A DNA stretch of 49,987 bases from a virus. Its lineage: Duplodnaviria > Caudoviricetes. Shown here in pieces: positions 1-9,631 of this stretch; position 1 is the stretch's first letter, and the number at the start of each line of letters is the position of its first letter. The notes under the pieces were generated by a model. The model was not told the DNA's origin. It ran no database searches and was given only the letters and a program-made list of their open reading frames with translations. A program made the translations under genes and the position numbers. The stretch spans positions 1 to 49,987 of IMG/VR virus record IMGVR_UViG_3300049563_000031. The stretch is one strand, 5' to 3'.

Positions 1-2
1 AG

Positions 3-1325
3 ATACAGCTCACGGCGACCCCGATCGGCACGGTGGCGACCAGAACCATCGCGCAATTCGGGCAAGGCTTGGCGCTCGGCACGCCCCCGGCGGTCGGCAC
101 CGACACGGCGTTTGGCGCATTGATCTGCAACGCCAACGCTGCCGTTCCGGTAGCGCCATTTTATGGCGTTGGCGCACAGATCATCGGAGCGGACAACGTA
201 CAGACTAGTTTAGAATTAACGTCATTTTCTAGCGCGGTTGGGACAACCAATCGCGTCCTTCTTCGGCACGCGAACGGCACGGGCGCGGCACCGACCGCAA
301 CGCTCCAAGGCTACAATTTGGGGGCGATCAGTGGCGGCGGCTACGGTGCAACAGCCTGGGGGCCAGCCAGGGCAACGATACAGTTTATCGCCACTGAAAA
401 CTGGACCGATACCGCGCAGGGCGGACTTACTCAGTTCTGGACAACCCCCACCGGCACCGTTGCTGCGGCCTTACAAGCGGTCCTGTCGCAGGGTCTGACA
501 CTCGGCATAGCGTCTGCGACGTTAGGCGCGGACAACGGGCGCGGCTCGCTGATCGCCAACCTCAACCCGACCGCAACCCCGCCCGCGACCGCGCTTGCAG
601 CCGGTAATACGGGCGTGCAGATCGTCGGGGTAGACGGGCAGCCTGCTGCGTTGGACATCATCGCCGCAGCGGGCATACCGCAGACAATTTTGCGCCGTTC
701 TTCCGGCTCGATCGCCAGCCCGACACAGACGAACAACAGTGATGCTCTCGGTGCCTACTCGGTGCGCGGTTACGGTGCCTCGGCATGGTCAGGGACAACC
801 GGCACTCTCCAATTTACTGCAACCGAAACTTGGACAAACGCGAACCACGGCACGCAGGCGCAGATTTTCACCACGCCGAACGGCGGCGGCGGGGTTACGG
901 CTAATCTGACGCTCGACGGCAGCGGCAATCTGACGATCGTCGGCGGCACCGCGACCAAGGCGGGCGGCGGCTCCTGGGTCGCGCCCTCCGACCCGCGCCT
1001 GAAGCACCCGGATGTGCGCCCCTACCATGAGGGTCTCGACGCGATCCTGGCGCTCGATCCCATTGTCTACCGCTACAGCGGCCGCGGTGGTCTTCGCGAT
1101 GACGGGCGCGAGTATGTCGGCCTCGATGCCGATGCGGTGGCCGACGTGTTCCCCTCGCTGGTCGGCGAGATGGAATATCAGCCCATCGAGCGTGACGAGG
1201 ATGGCGAGATCGTCGAGCTGGGCGAGGTCGAGACCTACCGCACGATCGACAGCTCCGAGCTGATCTACTGCCTCATCAACGCCGTGAAAGAGCTGCACGC
1301 AAAGCTGCAAGGGAGTGTGCATTAA
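3..1325 (+). CDS. Tail fibre C-terminal part (5' partial) with peptidase S74 intramolecular chaperone
   Basis: Frame open from nt 3; two RxxNGT...GYG...ExWTxxxxG..QFxTTP repeats; C-terminal SDPRLK...Y.Y...GL.A..V..VFP.LV...LINAVKEL chaperone signature. Confidence 0.88.
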   Translation: MQLTATPIGTVATRTIAQFGQGLALGTPPAVGTDTAFGALICNANAAVPVAPFYGVGAQIIGADNVQTSLELTSFSSAVGTTNRVLLRHANGTGAAPTATLQGYNLGAISGGGYGATAWGPARATIQFIATENWTDTAQGGLTQFWTTPTGTVAAALQAVLSQGLTLGIASATLGADNGRGSLIANLNPTATPPATALAAGNTGVQIVGVDGQPAALDIIAAAGIPQTILRRSSGSIASPTQTNNSDALGAYSVRGYGASAWSGTTGTLQFTATETWTNANHGTQAQIFTTPNGGGGVTANLTLDGSGNLTIVGGTATKAGGGSWVAPSDPRLKHPDVRPYHEGLDAILALDPIVYRYSGRGGLRDDGREYVGLDADAVADVFPSLVGEMEYQPIERDEDGEIVELGEVETYRTIDSSELIYCLINAVKELHAKLQGSVH

Positions 1326-1514
1326 ATGCAAGCGACACCGCCTAACCCGACCGATCGCCTTTCGGCTTCGCTCGAAGCGCAGCAGTGGAACCAGGTCCTG
1401 GCCCTGTTGCAGGAAGGCCCTTACCGCGTTGTCGGCCCGATCCTGCAGTCCTTGCTGGAGCAGCTCAACGCGCCGCGGCCGTCCGACAACGTCTTCTCGA
1501 TGGAGGCCAGCTGA
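1326..1514 (+). CDS. Small helical protein typical downstream of tail fibres
   Basis: 62 aa, VLALLQEGPYRVVGPILQSL; abuts neighbours (TAAATG, TGATG). Confidence 0.7.
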   Translation: MQATPPNPTDRLSASLEAQQWNQVLALLQEGPYRVVGPILQSLLEQLNAPRPSDNVFSMEAS

Positions 1515-1978
1515 TGGCGATCGATCCCGAAACCGTCATCTTGATGTCGACCTATCGTGTCGGTTTTGCGCCGCCTAAAAAGGACAGCCTGACCGCCGGT
1601 GAACTCTACATCCAGGTGGCGACCCCTGAGGGCGGGGCGCCCTGGCTCTGGGTGGGCGCGATGGATGACGCAACTCCCACTCTGTTGATCCCCTCGACTG
1701 CCGACATGGCGCCTATCAATCTGGACGTGCCCTATGTCAGCCAGGAAGGGGTCGCCTTGGCTTGCACGATGGGCAACTGGGCCGGCGACCCGGATACCTA
1801 CGGCTATCAGTGGCAGCTCGATGGCGTGGATGCCGGCAGCGACAGCGAGACCTACACGATCACCGTGCCTGACGATGTCGGCAAGACCGCCACCTGCACC
1901 GTGTCGGCGGCCAACGAGGCCGGTACGACGGTGGCGCCGCCGTCGAACCCTGTCGTTATCGCCGACCCGGCACTTTGA
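1514..1978 (+). CDS. Ig-like domain virion protein with Mtd-N-like N-terminus
   Basis: ATG overlaps upstream stop; SLTAGELYI...LWVG, then P.N...P.V...CT.G.W...Y.YQW..DG...TY.....D.GK..TC.V.A.N.AG Ig motif. Confidence 0.75.
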   Translation: MAIDPETVILMSTYRVGFAPPKKDSLTAGELYIQVATPEGGAPWLWVGAMDDATPTLLIPSTADMAPINLDVPYVSQEGVALACTMGNWAGDPDTYGYQWQLDGVDAGSDSETYTITVPDDVGKTATCTVSAANEAGTTVAPPSNPVVIADPAL

Positions 1979-1991
1979 GGGAGAGTTTTCC

Positions 1992-2543
1992 ATGCGCCGT
2001 GGCAGACCGCCTCTCGGGACCAGCCGGGCTGGTCCTCGGAAAGAGCCTGACGATGATCCCCGCGGGGAGTTCGAGACAGAAGCTGATCTCGACCAGGACG
2101 AGCTGGAGGACGAGCTGGAAGCTGAGCCGCAAGCCGGGACCCAGGCCGCGCCTGAGCAGCTCATCACCACCTTCACCCCGCCGCACACGATCCCGGTTTT
2201 CCGGGTTCTGAAGCAGGCATATCGGGAGTATCTCGCCAGCGGCAACGCCGCCAACATCAACGTCACGACGCCGCCGACCACGGCCCACACCGCTACTCTG
2301 GCGATTTCCGGGACCGTCGAGATCGACTCGGCGGCGGGCGCACCGATGCCGCCCACGGTGAGTGTCAGCCTGACCCAAAGCAGCACCGTCAAGGGCACTC
2401 AGGCCGCCGCGGTAGACCCGGTCACCGGCGCCTACACCACCACCTTCCCGGCCAACACGCTCGCCGCTGGGACCGCGACCGCGACGGTTTCCTCCGTCAC
2501 CCCGGTCGAGACCACGACGACCCCGGCCTTCACCCTCACTTGA
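1992..2543 (+). CDS. Protein with acidic N-terminus and Thr-rich Ig-like C-terminal domain
   Basis: GAGGGAG RBS; beta-rich ISGTV...VSVSL...TGAYTTTFP..TLAAGTATATV. Confidence 0.6.
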   Translation: MRRGRPPLGTSRAGPRKEPDDDPRGEFETEADLDQDELEDELEAEPQAGTQAAPEQLITTFTPPHTIPVFRVLKQAYREYLASGNAANINVTTPPTTAHTATLAISGTVEIDSAAGAPMPPTVSVSLTQSSTVKGTQAAAVDPVTGAYTTTFPANTLAAGTATATVSSVTPVETTTTPAFTLT

Positions 2544-2555
2544 GGACAAGCCCTG

Positions 2556-2675
2556 ATGAGTGACCAGCCTGAACCTCTGCCGCATATCCCGGAGCCGGTT
2601 GATAACCCGCCTTACGTGCCGCCGCCTACGCCCGGCGGGCCGGATGACCCACAACAGGAGCCAACAAAGGAGTGA
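2556..2675 (+). CDS. 39-aa Pro-rich peptide (not in ORF track)
   Basis: MSDQPEPLPHIPEPVDNPPYVPPPTPGGPDDPQQEPTKE; GAGGA RBS; stop overlaps terL start (GTGA). Confidence 0.55.
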   Translation: MSDQPEPLPHIPEPVDNPPYVPPPTPGGPDDPQQEPTKE

Positions 2676-4243
2676 CCCCTGACGTAGCTCGGTATGAGGC
2701 TGTCCTTAAGCGGCTCATCGCGGTTTCTGACGCCGAAACTTCGATGCTTGCCTTCACCAGGCTGATGATGCCCAGCCCGCGTTGGCCGAACGATCCCGAT
2801 CACTCGCGCTACGAGGTGCAGCGGTTTCACGAAGTGATCTGCGCCGCGCTGGAGGAACTGGAGGCCGGCCGCATCAAGCGGCTGATTATCAACCTGCCGC
2901 CGCGCCACGGCAAAACCCAGCTCGCCAGCAAGATGTTCACCGCCTGGTTTGCCGGGAAGCACCCTGATCTCAGCGTCATCTTCGGCACTTACAACGAGAA
3001 GTTCAGCCAGGACATCGGCCGCGCGGTGCGCGACATCATGCTGTCGCCGCCTTACGCGCAGGTCTTCCCCGGCACCGAGCTGAAGGTCGACAGCCAGGCC
3101 TCGGATCGGCTGGAGACAACTGCGGGCGGCATCCTCGCCTTTGTGGGACGAGGCGGGAGCACGACGGGACGAGGTGGTGACCTCTTGTGCATCGACGACC
3201 CGATCAAGGACCGCATGGAGGCCGACAGCCCGACCATCAGGGACACGCTGTGGACGTGGTTCACGCAGGTTATCGCTTCGCGGCTGATGGATGAGACCGG
3301 GCGGATCATGCTGATCCAGACCCGTTGGCATCAGGATGACCTCATCGGGCGGCTGACCGATCCGCATAATTCCTATTACGACCCCGAGGAGGCGGCCGAG
3401 TGGCGTATCATAGATCTCCCGGCGCTTGCCTTCGATGATGGCAAGGACCCGTTACGCCGTGAGGTCAACGAACCCCTGTGGCCGGGGCGCTTCGGCAAGA
3501 CTTATCTTCAGTCATTGCAGCGGCGCGATGTCCGCGGTTTTTCGGCTCTTTATCAGGGGCGTCCCAGCCCGGCCGGCGGGACGTTTTTCAGCGTCGACTG
3601 GCTGCAGACTTATCGTCCCAACGATCTCCCGGCAAATCTGCGTTGCTACGCCGCCTCGGACCATGCCGTTGCCCTTAAACAAGGCTCCGACAAGACCTGC
3701 CTGATGGTTATCGGGGTCGACAAGGACGATACGATCTGGGTCTTGCCCGATCTGGTGTGGCGGCAGATGACCGCCGAGCAGACGGTCGAGAGCATGCTGC
3801 GCATGATGAAGCTGCATAAGCCCCTGTTTTGGTGGGCGGAGCGCAGTCACATCTCGAAGTCCATCGGGCCTTTCCTCCGTAAACGGATGCTGGAGACCCA
3901 TACCTTTTGCAGCCTCATAGAGATGCAGCCGATCGCCGACAAGCAGACCCGCGCGCAGTCCATCCAAGGACGCCTGTCCATGAACAGGGTGCGTTTTCCA
4001 GAGCGCGCGCCCTGGTGGCCTGCTGCGCGGGACCAGATGCTGAAATTCCCTTACGACGCGCACGACGATTTCGTCGACACCTTGGCCTATATCGGTCTCG
4101 GTCTGACGCTTCAGGTCCCGGCCGGCGAGCGCCGTGACCCCGACGATGACAAGCCGCGCGAAAACACGTTCGGCCACCTCATGCTGCAGCGGGACCAGGC
4201 CGAGCGCAGCGTGAAACTCGGCTTTGGGTCAGGAGGCTGGTGA
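2672..4243 (+). CDS. terL: Terminase large subunit
   Basis: Walker A PPRHGKT, Walker B LLCIDDP, TRWH, nuclease AASDHA and HDDFVD motifs. Confidence 0.96.
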   Translation: MTPDVARYEAVLKRLIAVSDAETSMLAFTRLMMPSPRWPNDPDHSRYEVQRFHEVICAALEELEAGRIKRLIINLPPRHGKTQLASKMFTAWFAGKHPDLSVIFGTYNEKFSQDIGRAVRDIMLSPPYAQVFPGTELKVDSQASDRLETTAGGILAFVGRGGSTTGRGGDLLCIDDPIKDRMEADSPTIRDTLWTWFTQVIASRLMDETGRIMLIQTRWHQDDLIGRLTDPHNSYYDPEEAAEWRIIDLPALAFDDGKDPLRREVNEPLWPGRFGKTYLQSLQRRDVRGFSALYQGRPSPAGGTFFSVDWLQTYRPNDLPANLRCYAASDHAVALKQGSDKTCLMVIGVDKDDTIWVLPDLVWRQMTAEQTVESMLRMMKLHKPLFWWAERSHISKSIGPFLRKRMLETHTFCSLIEMQPIADKQTRAQSIQGRLSMNRVRFPERAPWWPAARDQMLKFPYDAHDDFVDTLAYIGLGLTLQVPAGERRDPDDDKPRENTFGHLMLQRDQAERSVKLGFGSGGW

Positions 4244-4413
4244 TGACGGCAGGCATTTGGTTCTGGATTATTTACGTTATCAGCTTGGTTTTCGGCGGCG
4301 GCTGGTACTGGCGAAATCAGCAGACCTTGGCGGCGTTTGGGCCTTTTAGTTTGCTGTTTTTCATCCTGATCGGTCTTCTCGGCTGGGCGCAGTTTGGAGC
4401 GCCGATACGGTGA
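4243..4413 (+). CDS. 56-aa two-TM membrane protein, holin candidate (not in ORF track)
   Basis: MTAGIWFWIIYVISLVFGGGWYWRNQQTLAAFGPFSLLFFILIGLLGWAQFGAPIR; overlaps both terL stop and portal start; AGGAGG RBS. Confidence 0.7.
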   Translation: MTAGIWFWIIYVISLVFGGGWYWRNQQTLAAFGPFSLLFFILIGLLGWAQFGAPIR

Positions 4414-6737
4414 GTGATCTCGGCACACTTGCGGGACCACCGGGGCCACCGGGACCACCGGCTGGTCCCGATCCGGGCCAGCTCGTCGGCCAGGACCAGA
4501 CGTTCGTTAACCGCGACAAGCCCGAGCCGGACGATCCCCGGCGCAAGCTCGTCAACCGCTGGCAGAACCGGATCAAACGCGCCAAACGGCACTGGAAAGA
4601 CGCCTTCGAGCGCATGCGCGAAAACATGGAGTTCTGCGAGGGCCGCCAGTGGCCCGAGATCGCCAAGTCGAAAAAACGCGACGATCGCTATGTCGCGAAC
4701 ATCTGCATCCGGCACGTCCTGCAGCGCACCGCCGAGCTGTACCCCAACAACCCGACGATGAAGGCCAAGGTCAAGCCGAAGCTCGTCGCGCAGATCTGGG
4801 ACGGCAGTCAGCAGCAGCTGGTCCAGGCGCAGCAGCAGCTGATGCTGGGCAGCCAGGCGGGCCTGCCGCCGGACCCCAACGCGATGGCGATCATGCAGGA
4901 CGCCCAAATGGTGAAGCGTTTTGCCGAGATGACCGAGCGTGTCGGCCGCACGCTTGAGCTGCTTTACGACTACAACATCCAGGAGCAGACCCACGCCTTC
5001 AAAGCGCAGATGAAGATGTCGATCCGGCGCGCGATCGTCACCGGGGTCGGCTACGTCAAGATCGGTTTTCAGCGTGCGATGAAGATGTCGCCCGAGATCG
5101 AGCACCGCATCGCGGATATGTCCGAGCGTCTTGCCCACATCGAGCGCCTGGCCGCCGATTTCTCGGACAAGGAGTTTCAGCCTGACGATGCCGAGGCCGA
5201 GGAGCTGCGCCTGGCGATCCAGAGCCTGACAGCCGAAGGGCAGCTTGTCGTGCGCGAAGGCCTGGCGTTCGACTACCCCGACAGCACGGCGATTATCCCT
5301 GATCCGCGCTGCCGCAGCCTACGAAGTTTTCTTGGCGCCGACTGGGTGGCGCAAGAGTATCTGCTGACCCCGGACGAGATCGAAGAAGTCTACATGGTCG
5401 ACATCGGGACCGGGTACACGGCCTACAGCGAAGACGGCAAGACGACCGGGCACGAGCCGACCTCGGAGCAGCACTATTACTCGGGGTACGGCAGCGCCAG
5501 TGACGACGGTTACGGCCCGGCGCTGCCCGTGGCCTGCGTCTGGGAGGTCTACAACCGCAAGGACGGCACGGTGTACGTGCTGTGCGATGGCTACTCGGAT
5601 TTCCTGCAGGAGCCGGCGCCGCCCGAGGCCGAGGTAACTCGGTTCTGGCCGTGGTTCGCGATCGCGCTCAACGAGGGCTATGACGAGAAGGCGCTTTTCC
5701 CGCAGTCCGACATCGACCTGATCCGCGACATGCAGCTCGAACTCAACCGATCCCGCCAGGGCCTCCGGGAGCATCGTCGCGCCAACCGCCCCAAGACTGC
5801 CGTGGCAGCCGGCCTTCTCGAAGCGCCTGATCTGGAAAAGCTGCGCACCCATCCGGCGAACGCGCTTCTGGAGCTGAACGCGCTGGCGCCGGGTCAGAAG
5901 ATCGATGACGTGCTGCAGGTCGTCAAGATGCCGCCGATCGACGCTGCGGTCTACGACACGACGCCGGTTTTCGAGGATGTTTTGCGGGTTCTCGGCTCGG
6001 ACCAGGCGGACCAGGGGACCACCTCCGACGCGACGGCGACCGAAGTCTCGGTGGCGCAGTTCGCGCAGCATACGGACCTCTCGTCGACGATCGACGACAT
6101 CAACGACATGATGACCGAGCTGGCGCAGGCGGCCTCCGAGATCCTGATCCTCAACGTGTCGCCGCAGACCGTGCAGAAGGTTGTGGGACCAGGCGCGGCC
6201 TGGCCGATGCTGGACAAGCAGACTGTTGCGGACAACGTCTGGCTGGAAGTCGATGTCGGCGCCAACGGGCCGCCCAACCGCCAGGAGGACGTGCAGACCC
6301 TGACCCAGCTGGTGCCGCTGCTGCAGCGCATCCCCGGGATCTCGCCCGAATGGCTGGCACGCGAGCTGATCCGCCGCATGGGCGATGACGTGGATATGAG
6401 CGAGGCCTTCGCCGAAGGGATGCCCTCGATGGAGGCCTTGAACCAGCTGATGTCGAAGCCGCCTGAAGCCCCGGGAGGACCGGCGGGGGCTGGTTCTCCC
6501 GCGGGTGGACCCACCGGCGCCGGCAGAGGGCCACCGCGGCCGCCGGGGCCGTCACAGGACCCCAACGCGCAGGGGCCGGCGGGCGCCACCAACGCGATGC
6601 AAGGGCCGGGTACGGCCGGCTCGCTCGGGCCGCGCGTGCCGCCCCTCCAAGTCTATGGCCGCAACGGCAACCGCCCTGGCACCGGCGGCGGCATGCCGCG
6701 CGGCGCGATGGGTAACCCGGGGATGCCGACGCCATGA
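4410..6737 (+). CDS. Portal protein (P22-like) with Gly/Pro-rich termini
   Basis: 775 aa after terL; F..G.QW, GVGYVKIG, VWEVY, D..RDMQ.E.N, ATATE motifs. Confidence 0.88.
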   Translation: MSDLGTLAGPPGPPGPPAGPDPGQLVGQDQTFVNRDKPEPDDPRRKLVNRWQNRIKRAKRHWKDAFERMRENMEFCEGRQWPEIAKSKKRDDRYVANICIRHVLQRTAELYPNNPTMKAKVKPKLVAQIWDGSQQQLVQAQQQLMLGSQAGLPPDPNAMAIMQDAQMVKRFAEMTERVGRTLELLYDYNIQEQTHAFKAQMKMSIRRAIVTGVGYVKIGFQRAMKMSPEIEHRIADMSERLAHIERLAADFSDKEFQPDDAEAEELRLAIQSLTAEGQLVVREGLAFDYPDSTAIIPDPRCRSLRSFLGADWVAQEYLLTPDEIEEVYMVDIGTGYTAYSEDGKTTGHEPTSEQHYYSGYGSASDDGYGPALPVACVWEVYNRKDGTVYVLCDGYSDFLQEPAPPEAEVTRFWPWFAIALNEGYDEKALFPQSDIDLIRDMQLELNRSRQGLREHRRANRPKTAVAAGLLEAPDLEKLRTHPANALLELNALAPGQKIDDVLQVVKMPPIDAAVYDTTPVFEDVLRVLGSDQADQGTTSDATATEVSVAQFAQHTDLSSTIDDINDMMTELAQAASEILILNVSPQTVQKVVGPGAAWPMLDKQTVADNVWLEVDVGANGPPNRQEDVQTLTQLVPLLQRIPGISPEWLARELIRRMGDDVDMSEAFAEGMPSMEALNQLMSKPPEAPGGPAGAGSPAGGPTGAGRGPPRPPGPSQDPNAQGPAGATNAMQGPGTAGSLGPRVPPLQVYGRNGNRPGTGGGMPRGAMGNPGMPTP

Positions 6738-6919
6738 GCGATCACCCAAAGCTCACCTGGGAGGTCATCGAGCCGTTCCATCGTTTGGAGCGGATCAGGC
6801 TGCCCGAAGGCTGGCTCTATCGCACGGTGCAGCAAGGCGCAGTCGCGCTGTGTTTTGTCCCGGACGTGACTGAGACACTGAAACTGATGCCGCCGGCGGC
6901 ACCACACAAGGAGCCTTAA
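6734..6919 (+). CDS. Hypothetical protein
   Basis: ATGA overlap; RIRLPEGWLYRT...LCFVP small beta domain. Confidence 0.65.
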   Translation: MSDHPKLTWEVIEPFHRLERIRLPEGWLYRTVQQGAVALCFVPDVTETLKLMPPAAPHKEP

Positions 6920-6923
6920 AGCG

Positions 6924-7613
6924 ATGTCGCTCGGGGATTACGCGATCGGTAATGCGGCGGTCGGTGGGCCGTCGAGCATCGAGGGCGTGTCGCCGGTCTT
7001 TGCCGATCGCATCACCAACATGGTCAACGCGATGCCGCCCGAGATCGCGGCGCGGTTCAAGATCATCTCCGGTTTTCGCAGCCCCGAGCGCCAGGCCCAG
7101 GTCAACCCAGGGGTCACGAACTCGCGGCACTCGCACGGCATGGCCGTCGACCTGGCGGCCGATCCGGTGGTCCTCAACTGGATCACCCAGCACCCCGAGC
7201 ACGGCGTCGGCTTTCCGCTCAGCTATATGCCGCGCGAGCAGAACCACATGGAAATGCTGGACGCGAGCGGCAGGCGCGTGGCGCTTGGCGGCGCGGCCCC
7301 GGCATATGCGGCCAGTCCTGATCCACAGTACAAGTCCGGGCTGCCTAATCTCGGTGTCGCCGCAGCCAACATGCCGGACCAGGGCGGCCAGGATTATGGT
7401 GGTGGGCAGGACCCGCCCGTGGCGCCGCCGCAGGTGAGCGATCGACAACGGCTTCTGGCGCTGGCGATGAACCAGGGCGGCATGGCCGGCATGCTGGGCG
7501 GCGCTCCTGCGGCCGACGCTTTTCAGCCCACAGCACAGCCGGCGCAGCCGGACATCACGCAGCCGAGCTACGTCATGCCGGGGCAACCGCTCCCGCTTAG
7601 TCGCCGGCTTTAG
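6924..7613 (+). CDS. Peptidase M15-family (LAS) peptidoglycan hydrolase with low-complexity tail
   Basis: SGFRS..RQ, SRH..GMAVD, E.NH.E zinc motifs; AAGGAG RBS. Confidence 0.78.
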   Translation: MSLGDYAIGNAAVGGPSSIEGVSPVFADRITNMVNAMPPEIAARFKIISGFRSPERQAQVNPGVTNSRHSHGMAVDLAADPVVLNWITQHPEHGVGFPLSYMPREQNHMEMLDASGRRVALGGAAPAYAASPDPQYKSGLPNLGVAAANMPDQGGQDYGGGQDPPVAPPQVSDRQRLLALAMNQGGMAGMLGGAPAADAFQPTAQPAQPDITQPSYVMPGQPLPLSRRL

Positions 7614-7622
7614 GAGGTTTTT

Positions 7623-7991
7623 ATGCCTGAACCGCTCAGCTCGGTCGTGATGACGCCGATCCAGGAACAGCAGGCGATGCAGGATTACGTGCGGCAGAGG
7701 CTGGGGATAGGGATGATGGCTGCGCCGCCGCCGCAGCTGGGCATGCTGCAGTTGCAGCAACAGCAGCAAGCCGGGCAAATGCCGGCGCAACAGCCGGGTA
7801 TGCCGCAACAGCAGCTGAGCATGCCGCCGCCTGTTTTGGGCGCAGGAGGACCTCCGCCGACCGGGCCTGGCGGTTTTGCGCCGCCGGGAGCGGTTCAGTT
7901 GCAAGGCGATCTCGGCGGTAACCAGCTGCGAGAGGTTCCGGGCCAAGCCGGAAACCTCCGGGCGACTTACCGCAAAAACATACCCTTCTAA
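7623..7991 (+). CDS. Gln/Pro/Met/Gly-rich hypothetical protein
   Basis: AGGAGG RBS; polyQ tract; TAATG coupling to next gene. Confidence 0.6.
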   Translation: MPEPLSSVVMTPIQEQQAMQDYVRQRLGIGMMAAPPPQLGMLQLQQQQQAGQMPAQQPGMPQQQLSMPPPVLGAGGPPPTGPGGFAPPGAVQLQGDLGGNQLREVPGQAGNLRATYRKNIPF

Positions 7992-8218
7992 TGTCACCTG
8001 TTTTGATCGGTGTGTTGATGCTGGTGCTGCACCGTGGCGATGGCGCCGAAGTCGATGTCGCTCCGGCGCACATTACCAGCCTGCGGGCGCCGGCCGGGCC
8101 TCTGCGCGGGCTGGCACCGACGAGCGGCTGCATCGTGGGACTGGATGACGGCAAGTTTATCGGCGCGCTGGAGACGTGTGATGAGGTGAGGCGGCGGCTC
8201 GAAGAAGGGGGGCGATGA
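7991..8218 (+). CDS. FlbD-like small protein with hydrophobic N-terminus
   Basis: LHRGDG.EVDV.P.HI..L...IVGL.DGKFI...ET.DEV...L resembles the FlbD pattern. Confidence 0.5.
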   Translation: MSPVLIGVLMLVLHRGDGAEVDVAPAHITSLRAPAGPLRGLAPTSGCIVGLDDGKFIGALETCDEVRRRLEEGGR

Positions 8219-8373
8219 TGGTTTACACGGTGGTGATACACGCGCCGGCGATTGACGAGGTGGTGACGGTGGCGGCGGAGAGCGCGGCGCACGCGCAGTC
8301 GTTGGCGATCGCGAGCGCGCTGCAGCGGCAGGCCGAGGCGGCAACGGTGACGGTTGAGAAGGTGGAGACATAG
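8215..8373 (+). CDS. 52-aa hypothetical protein (not in ORF track)
   Basis: MMVYTVVIHAPAIDEVVTVAAESAAHAQSLAIASALQRQAEAATVTVEKVET; ATGA overlap. Confidence 0.55.
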   Translation: MMVYTVVIHAPAIDEVVTVAAESAAHAQSLAIASALQRQAEAATVTVEKVET

Positions 8374-8503
8374 TCACGATCACGCCCTCCTAGTTGTCTC
8401 CCCTTGTCCCTGGCCTTGTCCCGCAGGACAAATGCTGGACACAGACACAACAACAGGCGCATAACCCCAGCCGATCTCCAAAAACACGGGATCGGCAAGA
8501 CCT

Positions 8504-9616
8504 GTGTCCGACGCATCTACCGACGTAACTGCGCCCTCGTCAGGCGATGTTGACCCTACCAGCGCGCCACCGCCACCGGCGGCGCCAGACAGTTCAGCGC
8601 CTTCGTCAAGCGCACCCGACGCAACTTCGCCTTCGTCAGGCGACAGCCGCCAGTCAGACCGTGAAGGACTGCTTGCCGTAGTCCAGAAGGTCGTGGAGAC
8701 CAGGCCCGAGAAACCGGCCGTCCCCTCGGATCAAGAGACCGACGCGGATACCGGCGAGCCGGACCAGACCTCCCAGGACCAGGCAGCGGCTACGGGCACC
8801 GGGGACAAACCCCCGCCGGATGCTACCACCGAGAAAACCGAAGCCGATCCGACCGAGGCCGATCTCAAAAAGCTTCGACCGGAAACGCGACGGCGTTTTG
8901 AGCGTCTGCTCGCGCAGCGCAACGAGGCCCGCCAGACCCTCGACAGTATCCAGCCGGAGCTGACGCAGCACCGGCAGCTGCAGGGCTACCTCACCGAGCA
9001 TCAGTTGGCACCGGAAGATGTCAACACGCTCCTGGGGGTGGGCGCCGCACTGCGTCGTGGCGATTACCAGGCCTTTCTGAACGGCGTGACGCCCTACGTC
9101 ATGGCCGCGCAGGAGGCGCTTGGCCTTCGCGTCAGCTCCGACCTGCAGCGTCAGGTCGACGAGGGGCTGATCGACGACAACACAGCCCGGGAACTGACGC
9201 GCACGCGGCACCGCGCCGCGCAAGCCGAGGCCCGGCTGCAGAACGCCAACGAGGTGGCAGCGACAACCCAGCAGCTGCAGCACGTGGATCAGATCCGCTC
9301 TGCTGTCGATGTCTGGGAAGCCAACATCCAGCGACGGGACCCCGACTACGCCCAAATGTCGGGTGCTGTGCGCCGTTTCGCGCAAGGCCTTTTGCAAGAG
9401 CGCGGTTCACCGCGCAACGCGCAAGAGGCGGTGGCGCTGACGCAGGCGGCCTATGACGAAGTCAGGACGATGTTCAGCCGGGCGCAGCCTGCACCCCGAG
9501 CCACACGTCCCGGCCCATCCAGCATCCATGTCGCAACAGGCACTCCCGCAGCCAACCCACGCAACATGAAGGAAGCCGTGGTGCTGGCGCTCGCGAACAT
9601 GCGGGGGGCCTCCTGA
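8504..9616 (+). CDS. Capsid scaffolding protein
   Basis: Directly before capsid gene; disordered N-terminus, RRRF..L coiled coil, DPDY motif. Confidence 0.75.
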   Translation: MSDASTDVTAPSSGDVDPTSAPPPPAAPDSSAPSSSAPDATSPSSGDSRQSDREGLLAVVQKVVETRPEKPAVPSDQETDADTGEPDQTSQDQAAATGTGDKPPPDATTEKTEADPTEADLKKLRPETRRRFERLLAQRNEARQTLDSIQPELTQHRQLQGYLTEHQLAPEDVNTLLGVGAALRRGDYQAFLNGVTPYVMAAQEALGLRVSSDLQRQVDEGLIDDNTARELTRTRHRAAQAEARLQNANEVAATTQQLQHVDQIRSAVDVWEANIQRRDPDYAQMSGAVRRFAQGLLQERGSPRNAQEAVALTQAAYDEVRTMFSRAQPAPRATRPGPSSIHVATGTPAANPRNMKEAVVLALANMRGAS

Positions 9617-9631
9617 TGTGGGTAAACCATC

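Noticed and set aside
7950-7991. C-terminal IPF of ORF 7623 as an SSB-tail mimic or beta-barrel signal
   Set aside because: Lacks the acidic residues of SSB tails and the spacing of a beta-signal
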